Assembly (NCBI GenBank): GCA_938003595.1 | Contig: CALKYH010000117.1 | Span: 1 to 49,619, forward strand | From: an uncultured bacterium | GTDB taxonomy: Bacteria; Planctomycetota; Phycisphaerae; Phycisphaerales; UBA1924 | Direction: 5' to 3' | Length of the DNA: 49,619 bases | Shown: positions 1 to 7,624 of the stretch, in pieces | Layout: every line of letters begins with the position of its first letter | Position numbering within the stretch: the first letter of the stretch is position 1 | Notes under the pieces: model-generated | Seen by the model: the letters and a program-made list of their open reading frames with translations, nothing else | The model's database searches: none | Told to the model about the DNA's origin: nothing | Made by a program: the position numbers and the translations under genes

Positions 1-42
1 CTCTTAATCAGCGGGTCGAAGGTTCGAGTCCTTCGGGGGGCA
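1..42 (+). tRNA. tRNA-Lys(CUU), 3' part only (window starts inside the anticodon loop)
   Basis: Reads as anticodon loop CT-CTT-AA (U33, anticodon CUU, A37). This is followed by anticodon-stem 3' half TCAGC, 5-nt variable loop GGGTC and T-arm GAAGG/TTCGAGT/CCTTC (GGTTCGAGTCC box). Then come acceptor 3' half GGGGGGC and discriminator A. No encoded CCA; followed by TTTTT. Confidence 0.75.
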
Positions 43-136
43 TTTTTCTGCGCGGAGGGGGTGGGGGGAGTCTCGCGGCGTCGATCGAGAGGGTCGACGG
101 GCATTCCGGCGTCGGTCGTCCAGTAGGATCGGGGCT

Positions 137-2851
137 GTGACCACGCCGTCCAGCCAGATCGGACCGTACAAACTGGAGCGTGAGCTCGGGCGCGGCGGGA
201 TGGGCGTGGTGCACCTGGCCCGGGACGCCCGGCTCGATCGATTCGTGGCCATCAAGGCGCTGCCCGAGGCGTTCGCATCGAACGAGGAGCGCTTGGCCCG
301 CTTCGAGCGCGAGGCGCGCACGCTGGCGCAGCTGCATCATCCGAACATCGCGGGGATCTACGGCGTCGAGGAGCAGGACGGCCGGCGCTATCTGGCGCTG
401 GAGTATGTCGAGGGCGAGACGCTCGCCGAGCGGCTCGATCGCGGGCCGATCCCGGTCGAAGAGGCGCTGGAGATCGCGGCGCAGATCGCGGCGGGCGTGC
501 AGGCGGCGCACGATGCGGGCGTCATTCATCGCGACCTCAAGCCCGACAACATCAAGCTGACGCCGGCGGGCGAGGTGAAGATCCTCGACTTCGGCCTGGC
601 GCGCGCGGAGGGATCGTCGAGCTCCGGCGTGGCGCTGAGCGAGAGCCCGACCCTGACCTCGGCGACGCCGCGCTCGCCCACGATGCCCGGGGCGATCATG
701 GGCACGGCGGCGTACATGTCGCCCGAGCAGGCGCGGGGGCGACCGATCGACAAGCGGAGCGACATCTGGTCGTTCGGCGTCGTGCTGTTCGAGATGCTCA
801 CGGGCGCCAACCCGTTCGCGGGCGAGACGGCGAGCGACTCCATCGGGGCGACGCTGCACAAGGACATCGATCTGGGCCGGCTGCCCGCGGGCGTCGGGCC
901 CGCCGTTCGTCGGACCCTGGAGCGATGCCTGGCGCGCGATCGCGAGGCGCGCTGGCGCGACATCGGCGATGTGCGGCTGGAACTGCTCGCGGCCATGCGC
1001 GGCGCCGACGAGCCGGCGAGCCCCGCGGCGGCGCGCCGGAGGCCGACGCTCGCGGTCCTGACGGCCGCGGCGACGACGGCGCTGGCGGTCGGCGCGGCGG
1101 CGTGGCTGCTCCGGCCCGCGGCGCCGGCGCCGCTGGTGGCGGATCTGACTCTGCAGTTCAGCGCCGAGAAGACCCTCGCGAGCTGGTCGTTCCCGAAGAT
1201 CTCCGCGGATGGGAAGCGGACGATCGCCAAGGCGGGCGAGGGCTCCGGGTCCGTCGTGCTGGTGCGCGACATCGACGAGAGCGCGGCGCGCATCGTGCCG
1301 AGCACGGAGGGCGCGACGGAGCTGGGTCTGTCTCCGGACGGGCGCTGGGTGGTGTTCCTCCAGGATGGATCGATGCGGAAGGCGCCGATCGACGGCGGGC
1401 CCGCGATCACGATCTGCGAACCGGAGAGCGTGCGAGGGGTCGCCTGGACGAGCGACGACTGGATCATTTTCGGGCAGCGCGTCGGCCCGCTATTGAGGGT
1501 GAGCGCCGCGGGCGGCCAGCCGGAGCCGCTTTTCTCAGTGGAGGGGGAAGGTGACGATTACTCGGATCGTCACCCCGCGCTGCTGCCGGACGGCCGGGGC
1601 GTGTTGTTCGTTCGTGTGCAGGGCGACTTCGCGATGTGGGACGGGTCGTCGGCGTTGTGGGCGGCCAGGCTGGACGGCGGCGAGGCGCATCTGGTCGCGC
1701 GTGGGGCGTCGCACGGCCGGTATATCCCCGGGGGGCGGATCGCGATGCAGCGCGAGGACTCGCTCATGGTCGCCGCGTTCGATCTCGAGCGACTGGCGCT
1801 GACCGGTCAGGAATCGCCCGCGCTGCGCGGGGTTCGGTCGGCGAGCCCCAGCGCCCCGCCGCAGTTCGACATCAGCCTCAGCGGCACCTTGATCTATGAG
1901 CTGGAGACCGACTCGACGCTGGTCCAGCGTCGGCTGGAGCTGGTGTCGCTCGAGGGCGTGGCGCGGCCGTTCATTGCCCGGGAGGGCGCGTTCGAGTGGG
2001 CGGTTTTCTCCGACGATGGTCGATTCCTCGCGCTGGAGATCGAGACGGAAGCCGGCAACAGCCTCGCGACGCTGGACCTCGAGCGGGACCTGCTCCGGGC
2101 GATTCCGGGCGATCGGACCAGGAACTCAAGGCTCCCGGTGTGGAGCCCGGACGGCAGGAGGCTGCTGTTCGTCCGGCCCGAGGGCGGCGATCCCCGGCTC
2201 TTGCGTCATCTGGTTGCGGGCGTCGATGAGCCCGCGTTGGTGGAGGCGGACGACTCCTGGCTTCTGCCGTTGGACTGGTCGAGCGACGGCCAGCGCGTGC
2301 TGGTCACCAAGCTCGACGCGGACGGCGGCGCCGACCTTGGATTTCTGCGGTTCGACGCCGGTGGGGAGCTGCTCTCCGGCGCTCTCGAGCCGTTCATCGA
2401 ATGGGCCGGCGTGCAATCCTTCGGGTCGTTCTCGCCGGATGATCGGTGGGTCCTCGCCGCGACGAGCTCCAGGCGGCAGGGCAGGTCGCTGTTCGTGGTC
2501 TCGGCGGACGATCCCTCGAGGATGACGCAGGTCTCGGACCAGAACGCGACCTTCGGCCTCTGGTCGCCCGACGGCGGCACGATCTACTTCTGCGATCGAA
2601 GCGCCGAACCGGCCACGATCTACGCGGTGGACTGCAGCGTCAGCGAGCAGGGCGAGTTCATCGTCTCCAAGCCCCGTCGCCTGTTCGACCTGGAGGGCGT
2701 CGATGTGTCGCTGCATGACATCGCGACCGACGGCGCGGCGTTCCTGGTCTCGCGGCCGGTGGCGCCCGCCGGCCGTCCGGCGGAGAAGAACTCGGTGCAG
2801 ATCGTGTTGAACTGGGCCGAGCGGGTGGATCGATCGATGCGCGGTCGGTGA
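137..2851 (+). CDS. Transmembrane Hanks-type Ser/Thr protein kinase with C-terminal TolB/PD40-like beta-propeller
   Basis: 904-codon ORF with a GTG start. Kinase motifs: GRGGMGVV, AIK, HRDLKPDNI, DFGLAR, MSPEQ. Single TM segment LAVLTAAATTALAVGAAAWLL. The C-terminal ~560 aa carry repeated (W/F/L)SPDG(R/K)x(L/V)xF blades (LSPDGRWVVF, LLPDGRGVLFV, WSPDGRRLLFV, WSSDGQRVLV, WSPDGGTIYF). Confidence 0.9.
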   Translation: MTTPSSQIGPYKLERELGRGGMGVVHLARDARLDRFVAIKALPEAFASNEERLARFEREARTLAQLHHPNIAGIYGVEEQDGRRYLALEYVEGETLAERLDRGPIPVEEALEIAAQIAAGVQAAHDAGVIHRDLKPDNIKLTPAGEVKILDFGLARAEGSSSSGVALSESPTLTSATPRSPTMPGAIMGTAAYMSPEQARGRPIDKRSDIWSFGVVLFEMLTGANPFAGETASDSIGATLHKDIDLGRLPAGVGPAVRRTLERCLARDREARWRDIGDVRLELLAAMRGADEPASPAAARRRPTLAVLTAAATTALAVGAAAWLLRPAAPAPLVADLTLQFSAEKTLASWSFPKISADGKRTIAKAGEGSGSVVLVRDIDESAARIVPSTEGATELGLSPDGRWVVFLQDGSMRKAPIDGGPAITICEPESVRGVAWTSDDWIIFGQRVGPLLRVSAAGGQPEPLFSVEGEGDDYSDRHPALLPDGRGVLFVRVQGDFAMWDGSSALWAARLDGGEAHLVARGASHGRYIPGGRIAMQREDSLMVAAFDLERLALTGQESPALRGVRSASPSAPPQFDISLSGTLIYELETDSTLVQRRLELVSLEGVARPFIAREGAFEWAVFSDDGRFLALEIETEAGNSLATLDLERDLLRAIPGDRTRNSRLPVWSPDGRRLLFVRPEGGDPRLLRHLVAGVDEPALVEADDSWLLPLDWSSDGQRVLVTKLDADGGADLGFLRFDAGGELLSGALEPFIEWAGVQSFGSFSPDDRWVLAATSSRRQGRSLFVVSADDPSRMTQVSDQNATFGLWSPDGGTIYFCDRSAEPATIYAVDCSVSEQGEFIVSKPRRLFDLEGVDVSLHDIATDGAAFLVSRPVAPAGRPAEKNSVQIVLNWAERVDRSMRGR

Positions 2852-2859
2852 CGAGGCGG

Positions 2860-2882
2860 GTCGTCGCGGGGCACGCGGCGAC
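2860..2882 (+). terminator. Candidate hairpin between convergent genes (no U-tract)
   Basis: GTCGTCGCG-GGGCA-CGCGGCGAC forms a 9-bp stem (one G-U on the plus-strand RNA) with a 5-nt loop. It lies 9 nt after the kinase stop codon. There is no T-run, so function is uncertain. Confidence 0.25.
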
Positions 2883-2920
2883 GGCGGCGCTGAAGGGCTC
2901 GCGCGTGCGATCGCGGCGGA

Positions 2921-4102
2921 TCAGTATGTGAAATTGGCGAGAGGGTCCGTGGTCGGCAGATTGCCCGCCGCGGCGTCGCCGTTGACGCCGAAGTTGGCGG
3001 CGCCCGTCATGTTGAGGATGGGTCCGAAGTGATTGTTCGGCGCGATGTTCCAGTTCACGCCGTTGGCGCCGCAGGTGTTGGCGATGATGAGCGAATCGGA
3101 GGATTCCACGAGGATGCCGGTGGCGTTGTTCGTGCAGTGATTCCGCTCGACGCGGGCGCGGGTCCCGGTGATGCGGACGCCGGCGCCGCCGGAGTTGGCG
3201 GCGCAGGTGTTGTTGGAGACCACGCCGCCGCCGGCGGCGATGATGCCGCTGCCCGCGAAGGTGCCGGTCACGGTGCAGCCCATCGCGGAGGATCGCGCCG
3301 AGAGCGAGACGCCGAACGGCTGATTGCTGCGCGCGACGCAGCCGGAGACCAGCGAGTCGGAGAGCACGGCGATGCCGCCGCCGAGGTTGGAGGTCGCGAC
3401 GCAGTTCAGCACGACCGAGCCCGCGGCGGCGAGGATGCCGACCGATCCGTTCGACGAGGCCTCGCAGGACTCGATGACCGCGTGGCCCAGGCTGCCGGTG
3501 AAGGAGCGGGCGCGGATGCCGTCGGCCCCATTGCCCCTGGCGATGCAGGCGCGGATGATCGCGTCGGTCCCGACCGAGATGCCTCGATTCCCGTTGGAGA
3601 TCGACTGCACATGCTCGACGATCGCGCCGGCCGCGAAGCCCGCGTTGGCCATGAGGTCCACGCCGCTGACTCCCCAGCCGATGACGACGCCGTCGCGGAT
3701 CGTGATGTTGTCCGCCAGCCCGTCGGAGGTGACGCCGCTGCCGGATCCGGGAACGCCCTGCAGCGTGAAGCCGTTGAGATCGAGCGTGACATGGTCCGCG
3801 AGGATGCGCACGCCGTCCTTGCCGGAGGCGCCGACGACATTCGCCGTGAGGTAGTACGAGCCCGGCTGCGTGATGATGAAGACGGCGTTCTCGTTCCCGG
3901 GCGTGGTCTCCGCCGACACGGGGGTGCGCGGCTCGACCTGCTGCAGCGTCTTCTGCGTCGGCGCGACGGGCCCGGGCGGCGGGGTCAGCGGCCCCGCAAC
4001 GGCGACGGCGGCGGTGATGGTGAGGGCGAGGGACGCGAAGCCGGCGCGGGCGCGAGGCGTGGCTGGAACAAACACGCGGGCCTCCTCCTCGTTGCGGGGC
4101 AA
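2921..4102 (-). CDS. Secreted parallel beta-helix (PbH1) repeat protein, function unknown
   Basis: 393 codons. Signal-like N-terminus (FASLALTITAAVAVAG). The body is made of ~22-residue repeats with regularly spaced C/N/G: IRACIARGNGADGIRA, LNCVATSNLGGGIAV, VSGCVARSNQPFGVSL, NNTCAANSGGAGVRI, ERNHCTNNATGILV. This is typical of NosD/pectate-lyase-fold beta-helices. Confidence 0.7.
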   Translation of the reverse strand: MPRNEEEARVFVPATPRARAGFASLALTITAAVAVAGPLTPPPGPVAPTQKTLQQVEPRTPVSAETTPGNENAVFIITQPGSYYLTANVVGASGKDGVRILADHVTLDLNGFTLQGVPGSGSGVTSDGLADNITIRDGVVIGWGVSGVDLMANAGFAAGAIVEHVQSISNGNRGISVGTDAIIRACIARGNGADGIRARSFTGSLGHAVIESCEASSNGSVGILAAAGSVVLNCVATSNLGGGIAVLSDSLVSGCVARSNQPFGVSLSARSSAMGCTVTGTFAGSGIIAAGGGVVSNNTCAANSGGAGVRITGTRARVERNHCTNNATGILVESSDSLIIANTCGANGVNWNIAPNNHFGPILNMTGAANFGVNGDAAAGNLPTTDPLANFTY

Positions 4103-4317
4103 CGACGCTGAGAGACAAAGTACCGCCCGGGGGGCCAGGGCTCAAGACTTTTTCACTGCGGACTGGCGTGGTTTGGCGCCTTCGGGGGCTGGGCCGAGGA
4201 CTACGCGTCGCCATTGCCGGGCTGGCGACGCCCCTGTACGCTGAGATCAACTACCGCATCGGGCGCCCTGAGGGTCTGCAGCCGCGAGCCGTAGGCGGGC
4301 CATACGGAGATGCCTCG

Positions 4318-4734
4318 ATGGTCGATGTCCTTCTGGTGGATGACGAGCCCGGCATGCTCGGCGCGTGGGAGCGACTCTTCGCGATCCAGCCTGATATGCG
4401 CCTGGCGGGCACGCTGCCGAGCGCGGACGGATTGATGGCCGCGGTCAAGGCGCTGCGCCCGGGGCTCGTGGTCATCGACCTGACGATGCCGGGTCTGGAC
4501 CCGTTCGAGGCGATCGCGCGGCTGCACACGGACCATCCGGATCTGCACATCGTGGTGTTCAGCGGCATGAACGACGACGCGACCATCCGTCGCGCGGTGG
4601 AGGCGGGCGCCCGCGGGTTCGTGGACAAGCTGGCGGACCCGTTGGAGATGCTCGGGGCGCTGCGTCGTGTGGCCGCAGGGGAGCGGGCGCTGCCGGAGTG
4701 GTTCGAGCCGTCGGCGGACCGGGGTCGCCGTTAA
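4318..4734 (+). CDS. Single-domain (receiver-only) response regulator
   Basis: Receiver motifs: LLVDDE, VVIDLTMPGLD (phospho-acceptor Asp), VVFSG, FVDK. No output domain. I start it at ATG 4318 (MVDVLLVDD) rather than the track's 4168 because receiver domains begin just before the DD pair. The start is uncertain. Confidence 0.85.
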   Translation: MVDVLLVDDEPGMLGAWERLFAIQPDMRLAGTLPSADGLMAAVKALRPGLVVIDLTMPGLDPFEAIARLHTDHPDLHIVVFSGMNDDATIRRAVEAGARGFVDKLADPLEMLGALRRVAAGERALPEWFEPSADRGRR

Positions 4735-5156
4735 GCGTCCAGCAGCGCGCGGACCTCGGGCGAGAACTCCACGCGTCCATCGACGACGGACGCAAGGACT
4801 CGCAACAGCTCGTTCTCGCCGTCGTTCTTGGTGGCGAATCCCCAGGCGCCGATGTCGAGGGCGCGCTCGATGAGTTCCTCGCGGGCGTGGCCGCTGAACA
4901 CGACTAGGCGAGTCGCCGGTCGCACGCGGAGCAACTCGCTGGCGGCGTCCAGCGGGTCGCGGCCCGGCATGTCGAGGTCGAGCAGGACGATGGAGGGCTC
5001 TTCGCGCCGCACCGTCTCGATCAGGTCGTCCGCCCGCGGGATCCAGCCTTTCCAGACGAACAGGTCGTCCTGGCTCAGCTTCATCTTCAGAGCCTGCGCC
5101 ACCTCGGGATTGTCCTCCACGCAGAGCACACTGATCGGTCGTTCTGTCAGGGGCAT
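4731..5156 (-). CDS. Single-domain (receiver-only) response regulator, co-transcribed with the PAS histidine kinase
   Basis: 141 codons. Motifs: LCVEDN, VLLDLDMPGRD, VVFSG, GFATK. No output domain. Its start is 21 nt downstream of the histidine kinase stop on the same strand. Its stop codon overlaps the stop of the convergent regulator (TTAA at 4731-4734). Confidence 0.85.
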   Translation of the reverse strand: MPLTERPISVLCVEDNPEVAQALKMKLSQDDLFVWKGWIPRADDLIETVRREEPSIVLLDLDMPGRDPLDAASELLRVRPATRLVVFSGHAREELIERALDIGAWGFATKNDGENELLRVLASVVDGRVEFSPEVRALLDA

Positions 5157-5177
5157 CGCTGCTCGGTCCTCCGCCGG

Positions 5178-7526
5178 TCATCGGTCATGGATGATGTCGG
5201 CGCCCCGCGCAGGAACGGCGGGCGGGGCATGATCCTTGAAGATATCGCGCAGCGTCTCGCGGAGGGCGCCGAACTCGGGGCGCGGCCCGAGCGCGCGGAC
5301 AGGGCGCGAGAATCCGTGGGGCGCATCGGCGAACAGCGCCAGCGCGGCGCCCTCGGGCGCGCCGCAGAGTTTCTCCTGGTCGTCGGTCACGAAGAGCGCG
5401 GCGCCGGTCGCGCCCTCGGCGCGGTTGACGACGCGGACATCGAGCCCGTGCAGCTCGCGGGTGGTCAGCGAGCGGAGCCGGGAGTCGCGGACATCGACGA
5501 TCGCGAGCGGCTGATGGCCGGAGGCGCGGCGCGTCGGGATCGGGAACCGAAGTGTGAACCGGGCGCCCTCGCCGGGGCGGGATTGGGCCTCGACGCGGCC
5601 GCCGGCCTCGCGGACCAGCCCGTGCACGAGCGCGAGGCCCAGGCCCGTGGAGATGCCCCTGGTCTTCGTGGAGAAGTAGGGCTCCATGCAGCGCTCGAGG
5701 ACCTCCGGCGGCATGCCGGGCCCGTCGTCGGAGACGATCACCCGGACCTCGCCGGCTTCCTCACGAGATTCGATCACGATGCGGCCCGACGCCCGCTCCC
5801 GGAGGGCGTCGCCGGCGTTCTGCACGAGGTTGAAGACCACCTGCGTGAGCGCCGCGGCGGAGATGGGCGCCCGGCGGACGCTCTCATCCAGTCGCGCCTC
5901 GAGCGTGACGCCTCTGGGCGTGGCGCTCTTGAGGACGCCCTCGACATCGGTCCACCAGGCGCGCAGGTCGATGGTCTCGGCGGCGGCGGAGCGATGCGGA
6001 TCCAGGGCGAGCAGGCGCAGCCCGCTGGCGAGGCGCCGCAGGTACTCGGCGGAGGTGCGGATGGCTTCGACATCCTCGCGGGCCTGGTCGGGCAGGGGCT
6101 GGCTCGCCAGCGACTCGAGCCGCACGCGGATGGGCAGCAGCAGGTTGCCCATGTCGTGGCCGAGGCCGGCGGAAAGCGTGCCCATCATCGCCATGCGTTC
6201 GGACATGCGGAGGCGTTCGTAGGTCTCCTTCAGCTCGTGCGTGCGCTCCTGCACGCGCTCTTCGAGATCGGCGCGGTGGCGGTCGAGCTCCTCCTCGACG
6301 GCGCGTTGCTCGGTGATGTCGGTGTTGGTGCCGAACCACTGCACAACGCGCCCCTCGGCGTCGAGGATGGGCACTGCTCGGCTGAGGAACCAGCGGTACT
6401 GCCCGTCCTTGCCGCGGAGCGGGAAGATGTCCTCCCAGGCCTGACCGTCGCGGCAGGCGACCGTCCAGCGCTCGACGACGCGGTCGACATGGTCGGGGTG
6501 CTGCACGGCGCGCCAACCCCAGCCCTGCATCTGCTCGAAGGTGGTCCCCGTGTATTCGTACCAGCGCCGGTTGTACCAGTTCAGCGAGCCGTCGGCGTCG
6601 GCCATCCACGCGAACTGCGAGATGTTGTCCGCGAGCACGCGGAACCGCTGCTCGCTCTCGCGAAGCGCCTGCTCGGCGAGCGTGCGGTCGGTGATGTCAA
6701 CGCCGGTGGACTGCAGCTCCACGGGGCGGCCGTCCGCGTCGAAGCTCAGCGCCCGATTGGTCCACATGTACAGGCGCGTGCCCGCTGCCGTCTCGCAGTG
6801 GTTCTCGATGACCATCTCCGGTCTGTCGATCGTGATCCGCTCCAGATCGGCGCGGACGCGCTCACGGTCGGCGCCGGTCACGAACTCCCAGAGACTCCTG
6901 CCCTCCAGGTCCTCGCGGCGCATGCCCCTCGCGCGGGCGTAGGCCTCGTTGACGAAGAGGATCGTGCCGTCCATCCGGAAGCGGCAGACCAGCTCGGACT
7001 GGGTGTCGACGATCGCGCGGTAGCGTTCGTCGGCGGCGCGGCGCGTCTCGCGGACGGTCTGGGATTCGGTGATGTCGACGACGAGGTTCACGGCGCCGGT
7101 CACCCGGCCGGAGGCGTCGCGCACGAGCGTGGGGAACGGGAGCGCCGTGCGGCGGAGACCGTCGGCGCGCTCGACCACGAGCTCCTGACCCCGGACATCG
7201 CGGCCTTCCTTCAACGCGATCGCCAGGGGGCACTCGTCCTTGGGCATCGGCCGGCCGTCCGGGTGAAACAGGCGGCGGGAGCCGCACCACAGCTCGCCGA
7301 GCTCCGGCCGTCGGCCCCACATGGCGGCCGCGGCCTCGTTGTAGGAGGTGATGCGGCCCTGGGCGTCGGTGGTGTAGATGGCGGCCGGGAGCGCGTTCAG
7401 GACGCCGGCCGGATGCGAGGACAGCAGCGATCGCAGATCGGCCGCCATCGCGCCACGACCATCCGGAGCGCCCCGGTCGTCGCTGGGATCCTCGTGCGTG
7501 CGATGTGGTGCGGCGTGCTGGGTCAT
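5178..7526 (-). CDS. Multi-PAS sensor histidine kinase
   Basis: 782 codons with three PAS/PAC-like segments: AIYTTDAQGRITSYNEAAAAMWG; ELVCRFRMDGTILFVNEAYARARG; FAWMADADGSLNWYNRRWYEYTG ... DGQYRWFLSRAVPILDAEGRVVQWFGTNTDITEQ. H-box LSAGLGHDMGNLL, N-box VFNLVQNAGDA, G1 DDGPGM, G2 GLGLALV. The C-terminal ~130 aa are receiver-like but degenerate. Confidence 0.9.
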   Translation of the reverse strand: MTQHAAPHRTHEDPSDDRGAPDGRGAMAADLRSLLSSHPAGVLNALPAAIYTTDAQGRITSYNEAAAAMWGRRPELGELWCGSRRLFHPDGRPMPKDECPLAIALKEGRDVRGQELVVERADGLRRTALPFPTLVRDASGRVTGAVNLVVDITESQTVRETRRAADERYRAIVDTQSELVCRFRMDGTILFVNEAYARARGMRREDLEGRSLWEFVTGADRERVRADLERITIDRPEMVIENHCETAAGTRLYMWTNRALSFDADGRPVELQSTGVDITDRTLAEQALRESEQRFRVLADNISQFAWMADADGSLNWYNRRWYEYTGTTFEQMQGWGWRAVQHPDHVDRVVERWTVACRDGQAWEDIFPLRGKDGQYRWFLSRAVPILDAEGRVVQWFGTNTDITEQRAVEEELDRHRADLEERVQERTHELKETYERLRMSERMAMMGTLSAGLGHDMGNLLLPIRVRLESLASQPLPDQAREDVEAIRTSAEYLRRLASGLRLLALDPHRSAAAETIDLRAWWTDVEGVLKSATPRGVTLEARLDESVRRAPISAAALTQVVFNLVQNAGDALRERASGRIVIESREEAGEVRVIVSDDGPGMPPEVLERCMEPYFSTKTRGISTGLGLALVHGLVREAGGRVEAQSRPGEGARFTLRFPIPTRRASGHQPLAIVDVRDSRLRSLTTRELHGLDVRVVNRAEGATGAALFVTDDQEKLCGAPEGAALALFADAPHGFSRPVRALGPRPEFGALRETLRDIFKDHAPPAVPARGADIIHDR

Positions 7527-7624
7527 GGCTCGCGCCCGCGAGGGACTGCTGAGACTGTACCGGGGAATCCCTCCGGCATGACCCTAAAAAAAGCTTTAAT
7601 CAGCGCGCGGCGTCGGCGCGGCGC

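Noticed and set aside
1-4102. Possible genomic island integrated at the tRNA-Lys 3' end
   Set aside because: There is no integrase or recombinase, no direct repeat of the tRNA 3' end further in, and no composition change. The first genes (kinase, beta-helix protein) look native.
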